Positions 17,654 through 25,414 of a DNA stretch of 42,832 nucleotides are shown piece after piece. This DNA comes from a virus. Made by a program: the position numbers and the translations under genes. Under the pieces are notes generated by a model, which was not told the origin of the DNA, made no database searches, and saw only the letters and a list, made by a program, of their open reading frames with translations. The stretch covers positions 1 through 42,832 of the IMG/VR virus record IMGVR_UViG_3300045988_147372; one strand, given 5' to 3'. Each line of letters starts with the position of its first letter. Position 1 is the stretch's first letter.

Positions 17654-17676
17654 AAAAATAGCCGCTAGCTGCGGCT
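17654..17676 (-). terminator. Intrinsic terminator inside the head module
   Basis: Minus strand: AGCCGC-agcua-GCGGCU, then AUUUUUAUG. It carries the same 20-nt sequence as 3145..3164. Confidence 0.55.
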
Positions 17677-17688
17677 TACAACAATCCT

Positions 17689-18039
17689 TTACGGCGTTGC
17701 GCGTCTGGCTTGTTTATCAACCTCGCGTTCGCTCGGCACCGCCAATTTTTCGGCAAGCAATTTACCATCTACCGAAAGCCCAGATGGTTCGTACGTTTCT
17801 TTAAAGATGTCAGGCTTGCACGGATAGAATTCGCCATGAACTCCCTTGATGATGTAATCGCCAACTTGAGCGGTCATAACACCTTCAAGTGTTGGAATCT
17901 TCAAAACTGGGTTATCCGGATCTTCATATGACACGTTAACCGGATCTAATCCAAGGCCATCATTGATCTTAATTAGTGTATCTGGATCGTCAGCAAACTG
18001 AACAGCTTCAATTTCAACCGGTTTCTTACGATATTTCAT
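17689..18039 (-). CDS. Hypothetical protein
   Basis: 116-aa ORF with a 4-nt overlap to the upstream gene. No motif recognised. Confidence 0.5.
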   Translation of the reverse strand: MKYRKKPVEIEAVQFADDPDTLIKINDGLGLDPVNVSYEDPDNPVLKIPTLEGVMTAQVGDYIIKGVHGEFYPCKPDIFKETYEPSGLSVDGKLLAEKLAVPSEREVDKQARRATP

Positions 18040-18359
18040 GACAGTACCTCCTTGATTAGTTCTGGGTTCTGCTTGGCCAACATGCGAATCGCATGCGCTA
18101 TATTATCCACAAGCATCTCATCTTCACACTGGTCATTAAGACCACGTTCAGACAAGATGGCGTGAATGATCTCGTGTAGCAATGTAACTTTGACGTTGCC
18201 TTCATTAATTGAGTCCGAAATTTTAATGGTCTGATTGTTGTAGTTGCAGGCACCAATAATATTGTCTGGTGAAAGTACTTCTTTTTGAAGTTCATCTGAG
18301 CTTGCGGTTGATACTGTATATTCAACGTCATCAATCAATACCGATTTTGGTAATTGCAT
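18036..18359 (-). CDS. Small HEXXH metallopeptidase-like protein
   Basis: 107 aa with LLHEIIHAIL, a zinc-protease HEXXH motif in an ImmA/IrrE-like context. Confidence 0.5.
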   Translation of the reverse strand: MQLPKSVLIDDVEYTVSTASSDELQKEVLSPDNIIGACNYNNQTIKISDSINEGNVKVTLLHEIIHAILSERGLNDQCEDEMLVDNIAHAIRMLAKQNPELIKEVLS

Positions 18360-18368
18360 TTCATCCTC

Positions 18369-19514
18369 CTACGAAAACACTTTTTCTCTTGAATAGTCCC
18401 GAGACAAGAAGTCGTGATCTTTGACGATTTGTCGCAGGGCAGCTTGATTGTTGCTGATTAGTTGCTTGTAATGCTGCTGGCCATCTGTATCACCCAACTT
18501 TTTGGCGAGGTCTGCATCAGCTTTGTACTTGCGCACCCTTCGCTCCAACTCGCGTTGCTTGGCCTGCACATTACCATTACGAATGGCTTCGTTAGGATCA
18601 AATTGCGATTGACTATTAGTGTTTGCGCCGGGTACATAAGCCCATTTTTGGTGATGACAATTAATTCCGAATGTTCCACTTGGTTCCCCATAGCCATGAT
18701 TGAAAAGCGACTCGAACCACTCACCACTAATTTCAGATCGAAACGACTGATAGCGGGTTGTTACTGTCTTTCCTTGAATTGGTGCACATGCAGCGCGACT
18801 AGCTGGGTGGCTAGACATGACAAACGTATCAATCCCATAGTCATCAGCAGCTTGATCTCTGACTGCCTGAAAGGCTCTGCCGCTTGTGTTGGTGATCACC
18901 ATTCGGGCATAGCTTTCAAGTGACCAAGCATGTGTTCCTTTATCTGTTAGCACAGTTTGAATGCCCTGATCTCGCCATTTATAAATGGTGTCGGCTAATG
19001 CTCTAGCTGGCGTTTTAAGTCCGGTAATCACTTGTGCGGTAGTTTCTTTTACAATCTGCTGATAGGTTCTCATAGCGGCATTCTGGCCGTAATTGGTAGT
19101 AATGAGTGTTTGATTGACGTTGTTGTTGAGATCAAGGAAGGTCTGCTTCAAATAACCATTAAGCAACTGATCGACGTCAGTACCAGGCGAAATATCCTTA
19201 CCGGTGTCCTTTGCCAAGCGACTATATTCATCGTTTGCAATCGCAATTCCAAAATCTTTGAACAAGGCCACCAACTTAGCTTGAGCAATCCCTGTAGCTT
19301 TGCTTACTTCCTTGATTGTTGCTTCATTGACCAAATGGAGCTTATTAAGCTGCTCTGCTTGCCATTGGAGCATGTGATCCTCATCAAGCGGAAATGCTCC
19401 GTGGTTGGTTAGCCTGTCAATGAACATCTCGAACAACGTTTGTTCTAGCGATGCGTAGATATCACCAATAGAAGCCTGTGCGATTGTCAATTGATGCGGA
19501 GTCACTTTAGGCAT
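18369..19514 (-). CDS. Minor capsid / head morphogenesis protein (SPP1 gp7-like)
   Basis: 381 aa immediately after the portal gene. Call rests on synteny. Confidence 0.65.
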   Translation of the reverse strand: MPKVTPHQLTIAQASIGDIYASLEQTLFEMFIDRLTNHGAFPLDEDHMLQWQAEQLNKLHLVNEATIKEVSKATGIAQAKLVALFKDFGIAIANDEYSRLAKDTGKDISPGTDVDQLLNGYLKQTFLDLNNNVNQTLITTNYGQNAAMRTYQQIVKETTAQVITGLKTPARALADTIYKWRDQGIQTVLTDKGTHAWSLESYARMVITNTSGRAFQAVRDQAADDYGIDTFVMSSHPASRAACAPIQGKTVTTRYQSFRSEISGEWFESLFNHGYGEPSGTFGINCHHQKWAYVPGANTNSQSQFDPNEAIRNGNVQAKQRELERRVRKYKADADLAKKLGDTDGQQHYKQLISNNQAALRQIVKDHDFLSRDYSREKVFS

Positions 19515-21112
19515 TAGCTATCACCGTCCCCATCAAATAAGCCTGATTGGCTATCTTCAGGAGCAACCGGTTCTGGGCTTTCCTTTGAAACTTCGGCAGC
19601 ATACTGTTCTGCTACCCCATCTGGAACATCAAGCGCTCTAGCAATGGCAACACGCTTTGGCACGAGTCCCGCAGCATTGGCTTTGATCCAGTAATCAAGG
19701 CTTGCAGACTTGTCAGTGAAAACACCATCGTCAAAGTCAACGGTGACTTGGTCGATCGTTGGAATTGGCCCGCTGTATAATGCCGATCCATTAATAACTG
19801 TTCCACTAGCAAGCTCACAGATGGAAACGCACAGCTCTTGTACTGCACGTTCAACCATTGTCAGATGACTATTGCGAGTCTGGTATGTCATACTGTTTTC
19901 GCTAACAACTTCGGTTGCCGTTTTGTTTTGAATGTTACCGGCCGTGTCAAACGAGAACGTACCGGAAGACAAGCCAACTTGCATCTCAAGCGTTTTAAGA
20001 AAGTGGTTTAAAGATGCGACGTAATCCTGCGATCTGATAGGGGTCGTCAAATCTTGAACCGTTTTATCGTCCATGCCACCGCCTTGGACTGATAGAAAGA
20101 CATTCTGATCAGGGTCAAAAACTTGTTTGGGTTCCTTCTGACCTTCCCGCCCGAATGTGATCTCCGTCATGCTATCGGCAACGGCTACTCGTCGTTGGCC
20201 CATCTTAACTTCCCAGTTAAATTGATCATATGCATCATTCAACTGCTTGAGAGTATTCAACGCATTATCGCAAACACCGATGCCCAATGGACTGGTGATA
20301 TTTCGATTGTTGAATCCGGCCGGCTTTAGATAAACGAATAACGGACGTGTAAAAACAGACGTATCCAGATTAACCAATGGTGGCAAGTCGGGGTACAGCA
20401 TGGATAAATCTACCTTGGTGCCAACGTTATCCGATGTCTCTGACCTATAAAGTTCATTTGTAATGGTGTACTCGTTTTCGCTCCATTCGTGGAACTCAAG
20501 CAACGTGTAATACAGCGTTTGCTTTCCTTCAGTTTTTACAGTTCTCGTTGCAATAGCTGCATTGCTAACGTCATTCGTATTAGACCGAAGTGGGTAGAAG
20601 CTGGGAGCCTGCACCCATGCCAGCTTGATTTTCTTCGTGCTGTAGTCAACGTATGGGCGAATGGCAATACCGCCAAGTGCCAAACACGACTCAAGATAGC
20701 GCTCAAAGTTCTTATTGAAGTCGTTGTCTTCTAAAACTTCATGAATAAACGTATCTGCTTCATCTGGAGCTTTATAATCGACCGTATTTCCGGACTCGTC
20801 AGTTTTCTCGGGGCGAGTTTCAATCGTAATCTTGCTTTGCTCATTGTATAAAAGTGAGGCCAACCGTCGACAGATAACTTGCATCATGTTTAAAGTGACA
20901 TAAGGCCGCTTTTTAAGGTCGCCATATGTGTTTCTGAACTCAATCTTACGAAATTTGCCTTCAAAGTAACGTTTATCTAGTGCAATACGGTCATACTCTT
21001 TTGGATCGACACTGATTTTTGGGTGATCGGTAATTTGCCCAAGGCTTTGTACAACTCCCAATGCTGCACCTCCTTTCCTAAACAGATTTTTGATTGTATT
21101 GATTAAGTTCAA
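19514..21112 (-). CDS. Portal protein
   Basis: 532 aa after TerL. TTG start with RBS AAGGTGA. Confidence 0.8.
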   Translation of the reverse strand: MNLINTIKNLFRKGGAALGVVQSLGQITDHPKISVDPKEYDRIALDKRYFEGKFRKIEFRNTYGDLKKRPYVTLNMMQVICRRLASLLYNEQSKITIETRPEKTDESGNTVDYKAPDEADTFIHEVLEDNDFNKNFERYLESCLALGGIAIRPYVDYSTKKIKLAWVQAPSFYPLRSNTNDVSNAAIATRTVKTEGKQTLYYTLLEFHEWSENEYTITNELYRSETSDNVGTKVDLSMLYPDLPPLVNLDTSVFTRPLFVYLKPAGFNNRNITSPLGIGVCDNALNTLKQLNDAYDQFNWEVKMGQRRVAVADSMTEITFGREGQKEPKQVFDPDQNVFLSVQGGGMDDKTVQDLTTPIRSQDYVASLNHFLKTLEMQVGLSSGTFSFDTAGNIQNKTATEVVSENSMTYQTRNSHLTMVERAVQELCVSICELASGTVINGSALYSGPIPTIDQVTVDFDDGVFTDKSASLDYWIKANAAGLVPKRVAIARALDVPDGVAEQYAAEVSKESPEPVAPEDSQSGLFDGDGDS

Positions 21113-21124
21113 AGCATCACCTTC

Positions 21125-22441
21125 TTAGCGTTTCAGCCCAAGAATTCGAGCGTTGTCAAGAACCATGTATTTGAATGCGTCTACTGTATGGTCGTTTTCT
21201 TTGATAACTTTGGGGTCATCTGACTCCATTGACTTTTCGTCCCATTGATACTGTCGATGCTGTTCCATGAATACTTTATTGTTTGGAGTGTCTAAAACAA
21301 AAACCCGCCCTTGTGCGAGCAGGCTTTGAACGTAGTCGATCATATCGGCTTCTTTGAGCTTGTGTACTGGATGCCAAGCAACGTGGTAGTCGCTGTAATA
21401 CTGGTTGCGCATGGCGCCTTCAGCAGAATCAATTGTCATGTTTTTGACTTTCGCGCCGCGGTATTCCTTGGTTACCGAAGTCAAGAACTCATGAATCTCC
21501 TTGGATAAGAGGCTTGGCGGTTTCTTTAACGATTGATTGGCCGGTGAGTAGTAGTAGGTGTCAAGAACGATTACATTTCCCTTCGAGGTAACAGCGGCAA
21601 CAGGCAATGCTGTAGCAGACGATATATGCCCACTATCCATTGCTGGAAATAGATAAATCAAAGGATCATCTTCTGGGACATGTTGAATGAGGTGGAACAG
21701 ATCCATGTTGTAGACGTTGGTTCCAAGGCCGACAATCTCGCCAAGATAAAGCCAACGGTAGTAGTCATAATCGTTGGCTTTATACTTTTCGATCAGTTTT
21801 AGCTGCTGGCCATCAGTGAACCCAAGCTCATCATCGAGATAAGTTGATTTGTCGATGAAGAAATCGTTGTCTCCTCTAACGCTATCAATCCACTCATTAA
21901 TCCAGTCATATGGATTCTTCGGTGGGTTATACGTGTAGAAGACTTGAACCTGATCAACCCATGGTGATTTCTGTCGAATGAAGGTTGGATTAGTTTGGTC
22001 AAACACTTCAGCAGATTTGAAGTTGGCTGCTTCTTCATACCACACAGCAATCACGTTACGAACGGTGTTAGACTTCAGCTTTTCAGGCTTGTCACCGCCA
22101 TAGAAGTAGAATGTGCTACCAGTTCCACGATGCGTTATGCGCATAGGCGATACGTTGAACACAAACTCGTCTGTCATTTTGAGCATGTCAATTGCCCAAC
22201 TGATCTGGCTGTAAACCGAATCACGCAAGTTAACCGTATTCTCTCGAATGATGATGACATTGGCTTTATGACCTTGCTGTGCTTGCCTTTTAAGCATCAT
22301 GAGTAGCTTCAGACTAACTGTCGATGACTTAAACGAGCCACGGCCGCCGTTCAGTATCAGATATGGTGCCTTTGACCGCCAAAACGGATAGAAATGTGGT
22401 TGCACCATCTTACTTAACTTAATCATCTTCTGGGACGTCAT
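21125..22441 (-). CDS. terL: Terminase large subunit
   Basis: Walker-A-like NGGRGSFKSS. ~438 aa. The ATG at 22441 has an RBS (GGTGA); the ORF track starts at the TTG at 22447. Confidence 0.85.
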   Translation of the reverse strand: MTSQKMIKLSKMVQPHFYPFWRSKAPYLILNGGRGSFKSSTVSLKLLMMLKRQAQQGHKANVIIIRENTVNLRDSVYSQISWAIDMLKMTDEFVFNVSPMRITHRGTGSTFYFYGGDKPEKLKSNTVRNVIAVWYEEAANFKSAEVFDQTNPTFIRQKSPWVDQVQVFYTYNPPKNPYDWINEWIDSVRGDNDFFIDKSTYLDDELGFTDGQQLKLIEKYKANDYDYYRWLYLGEIVGLGTNVYNMDLFHLIQHVPEDDPLIYLFPAMDSGHISSATALPVAAVTSKGNVIVLDTYYYSPANQSLKKPPSLLSKEIHEFLTSVTKEYRGAKVKNMTIDSAEGAMRNQYYSDYHVAWHPVHKLKEADMIDYVQSLLAQGRVFVLDTPNNKVFMEQHRQYQWDEKSMESDDPKVIKENDHTVDAFKYMVLDNARILGLKR

Positions 22442-23069
22442 CGACAATCACCGTCCTGTCTTGCGAATCTGCATCAGTAAGCAATTTGGCCTTGGCTTCC
22501 ATGATGTCAGCCTCAGCTTTAGACTTGCGAACTTCTTCGGCCACTTTTTCGGCTTGTGCTTCGTTCAATTGCTTGAATGCTTGATCACGGAACAGCTCCG
22601 GCTTGCGATTCTTCAACCAAAAGATTTGGGCTGAGGTATCCGGTGCCAGTTCGTTCTCATTGACCATTATTGGTATCTTTTCATAAGTAGGAACGTTCTC
22701 AATTGATGCTTGAACAAGTTCCTTCCTAGTGAACTCTGGATGATCAATCTGATGTTCATTTCGCCACCTAGCTCTTTTTGCCTCCAATACGTCATCTCGA
22801 ATAGGGACCATTTTATAAGTCGTATTAGTGATGGTCATACCTAAAGCCCTTTTAACTAGTGAACCAGCAACCATTTGATCAACAACTTCTTTTCCCCTCT
22901 TTAGGGCGTCAGAAATGTCAGAATACTTTTTCTTCCAGTCATAAAGTGTTGGCCTCTTGATACCGATGTTATGGGCTATTTGTTCATCAGTGAGGCCGTC
23001 GCGGGCCCACCCTTCTATGAGAGCCAGTTTTTCTGGTGTCTGCCATTCTTGATATTTCCCTTTAGCCAT
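22419..23069 (-). CDS. terS: Terminase small subunit
   Basis: N-terminal HTH (LTDEQIAHNIGIKRPTLYDWKKKY). 216 aa, directly upstream of TerL. Confidence 0.75.
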   Translation of the reverse strand: MAKGKYQEWQTPEKLALIEGWARDGLTDEQIAHNIGIKRPTLYDWKKKYSDISDALKRGKEVVDQMVAGSLVKRALGMTITNTTYKMVPIRDDVLEAKRARWRNEHQIDHPEFTRKELVQASIENVPTYEKIPIMVNENELAPDTSAQIFWLKNRKPELFRDQAFKQLNEAQAEKVAEEVRKSKAEADIMEAKAKLLTDADSQDRTVIVDDVPEDD

Positions 23070-23207
23070 TACATATCACCACACCTCCCGCGCTTTTTCT
23101 TGTCTTCCTTAGCTTTCTTCTTGGCTTCCTCTTTGGCGAGTTTCCCGATTATTCGAGCCTCAGCCTTCGACATGTAGCCGAACTTGGTCATCACCATTTG
23201 AGCCATG
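23070..23207 (-). CDS. 45-aa lysine-rich small protein
   Basis: MAQMVMTKFGYMSKAEARIIGKLAKEEAKKKAKEDKKKRGRCGDM. RBS AGGTGA. Its stop abuts the terS ATG. Below the ORF-track cutoff. Confidence 0.4.
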
Positions 23208-23215
23208 AAATCACC

Positions 23216-24364
23216 TCACACATAGTAAATGGCACGGGTGTCACGATCGCTGTATTCGACCAGCTCAAACGTTTTGTGAGCAACTACGCCGATATCATCA
23301 GTCCATTTGTCGGTTGGCTTGCGTGTCGATACTTGACGCTGAACGAATCCGCCTAGGTCTTTGCTCATCTCTGAATGCAGATGTCCTGTGAACAGTTCGC
23401 GGTTCTGCGCTGTGCCCAACATGAAACCGAACTCATCGAGATACTTTGCGAGGTAATTGTTCTTGCCCTTGTCACCATGAGTGGCTCCAATGAAGTTGTG
23501 ACCGAGCATAGCGCCTTTGTAATGCTTCAGCGATATATCCCAAGTGATGTTTGTCTGGTTGCTGTAGGCGCGTTTCAATAGACGAGCAAACATATATCCA
23601 ACTGACGGATCATGATTTCCGGCACAATACATAACCTCACACTCATTAGCGTTCTTAATGATCGCTTCAATCAGTGTCTCGAAGTATTGTTCCATTTCGT
23701 TCACAGTCTCGCCTAGGTCAGTTGTTTCGAGCTGTGTGCCCTTTGCTGTGGTTGAGTTGATATTATCCACATGAGCCAGATCACCGCCCAGAATGAGCAA
23801 TATCTTTGCGTAGTGGCCGCGTTGAATAATCTCTAGCTGCCGCTTAAGTGATTCAACATAGATGTCGAATGTATGGCCGTTGAAATGCGTGTCGAAAGCA
23901 GGAATGACTAAATAGCGATCTGATTCCACAAAAATAGGAGCCTTAGCTTGATACGGCTCCTTGTGTGTGATGATGTCATTCATCAATGATTCATATTGTT
24001 CAGCCTCAACTAGCGGCCTAATTTGTATCTTACTCTGGAAGAGCGTTGCTTCAGGCTTCTGCTTCCAGTAGTTGCTTGTGGCACGTACAAGCTCCCACTT
24101 TGTGTAATCGTACCCGTGAGCTTCTAAAACCTCTCTAGGCGTCATTTTGTGACCCCTGATAACCTTTAGGATAGTCTCACTGGACTGTGTGCCGTCTGAA
24201 TCGTATTCATTCTTTAGCGGTTTTTGGAACTCGATGCCAAGCCGTCTTGCTTTTCCTTGAAGCGAATCATAGCTAATCCCTAGCTTGTCTGCCGTCTCAC
24301 GTCTGGTAAAACCTTCAGAGGCGAGCTTCCTAATGTCACCGATCTGTTCATCTGTCCATTGCAT
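23216..24364 (-). CDS. N-terminal HTH + calcineurin-like metallophosphoesterase
   Basis: HTH TRRETADKLGISYDSLQGKARRLG. MPP motifs DTHFNG, GGDLAHVDN, GNHD, THGD and GHLH appear in canonical order. Confidence 0.6.
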   Translation of the reverse strand: MQWTDEQIGDIRKLASEGFTRRETADKLGISYDSLQGKARRLGIEFQKPLKNEYDSDGTQSSETILKVIRGHKMTPREVLEAHGYDYTKWELVRATSNYWKQKPEATLFQSKIQIRPLVEAEQYESLMNDIITHKEPYQAKAPIFVESDRYLVIPAFDTHFNGHTFDIYVESLKRQLEIIQRGHYAKILLILGGDLAHVDNINSTTAKGTQLETTDLGETVNEMEQYFETLIEAIIKNANECEVMYCAGNHDPSVGYMFARLLKRAYSNQTNITWDISLKHYKGAMLGHNFIGATHGDKGKNNYLAKYLDEFGFMLGTAQNRELFTGHLHSEMSKDLGGFVQRQVSTRKPTDKWTDDIGVVAHKTFELVEYSDRDTRAIYYV

Positions 24365-24393
24365 CTACTCGCCTCCCGAAATATAATAGCCGT

Positions 24394-24467
24394 GAGCCAC
24401 ATGCAATCATGCTGCTCTTTTCATTTTTTACTCCTCTGGCTCTCGGCCTTACCCACCGAGAGCTTTT
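24394..24467 (+). ncRNA. Array A unit 1: predicted ~74-nt RNA
   Basis: TTGCAT (24359..24364) -17 nt- TATAAT (24382..24387). Terminator GCTCTCGG/CCGAGAGC + TTTT at 24439..24467. Confidence 0.45.
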
Positions 24468-24505
24468 CTATTGCCTGAAAAGTTCGAGTGAGATAAAATG
24501 AATCT

Positions 24506-24585
24506 GTTCCAAACTATATACTCATTTTCATTCCTCGGTACTACCCTAATCTTCTAGCTCTCGGCCCCCAACCGAGGGCTTTTTT
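24506..24585 (+). ncRNA. Array A unit 2: predicted ~80-nt RNA
   Basis: TTGCCT (24471..24476) -17 nt- TAAAAT (24494..24499). Terminator stem 24557..24579 plus a T6 run. Confidence 0.45.
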
Positions 24586-24620
24586 AGTATCTTCTATAAG
24601 GAGTGTGCTAATATATATGC

Positions 24621-24726
24621 GTGAGTAGTGGCTTTTCTCCTCCAAGTCAATCGCTGCTACTCACTAGTGGATTTCATTTTTTCCATTTCTCCGGCCCTCA
24701 GACACTTCGACCTCTGAGGGCTTTTT
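24621..24726 (+). ncRNA. Array A unit 3: predicted ~106-nt RNA
   Basis: TGcTAATAT at 24606..24614. 5' hairpin GUGAGUAG/CUACUCAC (24621..24664). Terminator GCCCTCAGA/TCTGAGGGC + T5 at 24694..24726. Confidence 0.4.
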
Positions 24727-24763
24727 GAATCCGATTTATTGCTATATGTGTTATACTCTTTTT

Positions 24764-24832
24764 TGGCACTGTCGTTTCACCTCAGCAAACGCCGGTAGCT
24801 AGGCCCTCAGTTAATCGCTCAGAGGGCTTTTT
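24764..24832 (+). ncRNA. Array A unit 4: predicted ~69-nt RNA
   Basis: TGtTATACT at 24749..24757, preceded by a TTGCTATA box at 24739..24746. Terminator GCCCTC/GAGGGC + T5 at 24803..24832. Confidence 0.4.
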
Positions 24833-24884
24833 CTGTGTAATCGGTTTTTAGATCTTCTTTTAATTATAGTGGTATAATTATTTT

Positions 24885-24964
24885 TGCAGGAATAATACTT
24901 CTGCACCTCTTAAAAATCTTCTTCTTTCTTTTCGGGCACCTTCGGTTTATGCCGGAGGTTTTTT
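24885..24964 (+). ncRNA. Array A unit 5: predicted ~80-nt RNA
   Basis: TGgTATAAT at 24870..24878. 5' hairpin UGCAG/CUGCA, then a pyrimidine-rich tract. Terminator 24938..24964 (8 bp + T6). Confidence 0.4.
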
Positions 24965-24971
24965 GTTGCAC

Positions 24972-25003
24972 AAAAATAGCACCTCACCGTTTGGCGGAGT
25001 GCT
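24972..25003 (-). terminator. Second (tandem) intrinsic terminator after the ASCH operon
   Basis: Imperfect hairpin AGCACUCCG...CGGUGAGGUGCU followed by AUUUUUG on the minus strand. Confidence 0.4.
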
Positions 25004-25010
25004 TGGGTAA

Positions 25011-25033
25011 ATAAAAAGACGCCGTGGTGTCTT
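25011..25033 (-). terminator. Intrinsic terminator 10 nt after the ASCH gene stop
   Basis: Minus strand: AAGACAC-cacg-GCGUCUU (7 bp, one wobble), then UUUAUUU. Confidence 0.55.
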
Positions 25034-25042
25034 AGCTAAATG

Positions 25043-25414
25043 TTAAACATAAACAAATGATTGTGGAGCTACTTTTACGTTCGGGAAAAGCTCTTGGATT
25101 TTTTGAGGAAGTTTATATTCTTGGTAATTTTCAATTTCGATTGCATACGCCGTTTCTCGTCCTTCGAAATATGCCTCAAAGAAATCATGTGTGATTCCAG
25201 AAAATTCTGAAGTCTTATTCCAAAGCTTATCTGGAGCGTCTTGGAGAACCCTTTTAACTTTAAATTCCCCAACAACCCTTCCGCAAGGCTCAGTAGAATA
25301 AACAACAACTCGGTCCACCTGTCTTTTAAAAATCCCCTTTCTATATTCGAAAAGTTTTCTGCCGCTACGGATTTCGTCCACAAATTCAGGCTTTATTGAC
25401 AACAAAATTCTCAT
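25043..25414 (-). CDS. ASCH (PUA-like beta-barrel) domain protein
   Basis: MRILLSIKPEFVDEIRSGRKLFEYRK... fits the N-terminal ASCH pattern (SIKP..a..I..G.K..E.R). 123 aa. Local GC is low. Confidence 0.6.
   Translation of the reverse strand: MRILLSIKPEFVDEIRSGRKLFEYRKGIFKRQVDRVVVYSTEPCGRVVGEFKVKRVLQDAPDKLWNKTSEFSGITHDFFEAYFEGRETAYAIEIENYQEYKLPQKIQELFPNVKVAPQSFVYV

Noticed and set aside
24380-24406. Minus-strand promoter TTGCAT-15-TATATT facing the unit-1 promoter of array A (possible late promoter)
   Set aside because: The spacer is 15 nt. The predicted start site would fall inside the RBS of the 382-aa gene, so it could not yield a translatable mRNA.
24365-24700. Minus-strand mini-ORFs behind SD-like AGAGGAG/GGAGAA sequences in array A (MKRAA, MKMSI, MEKMKSTSE)
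   Set aside because: They are 5-9 codons long and share no conservation between units. The SD-like sequences are the reverse complement of the CCUC/CUCC elements of the plus-strand units.
25075-25383. 102-aa alternative-frame ORF inside the ASCH gene
   Set aside because: It is on the same strand in a shifted frame, with no RBS. The ASCH frame gives a recognisable domain pattern.
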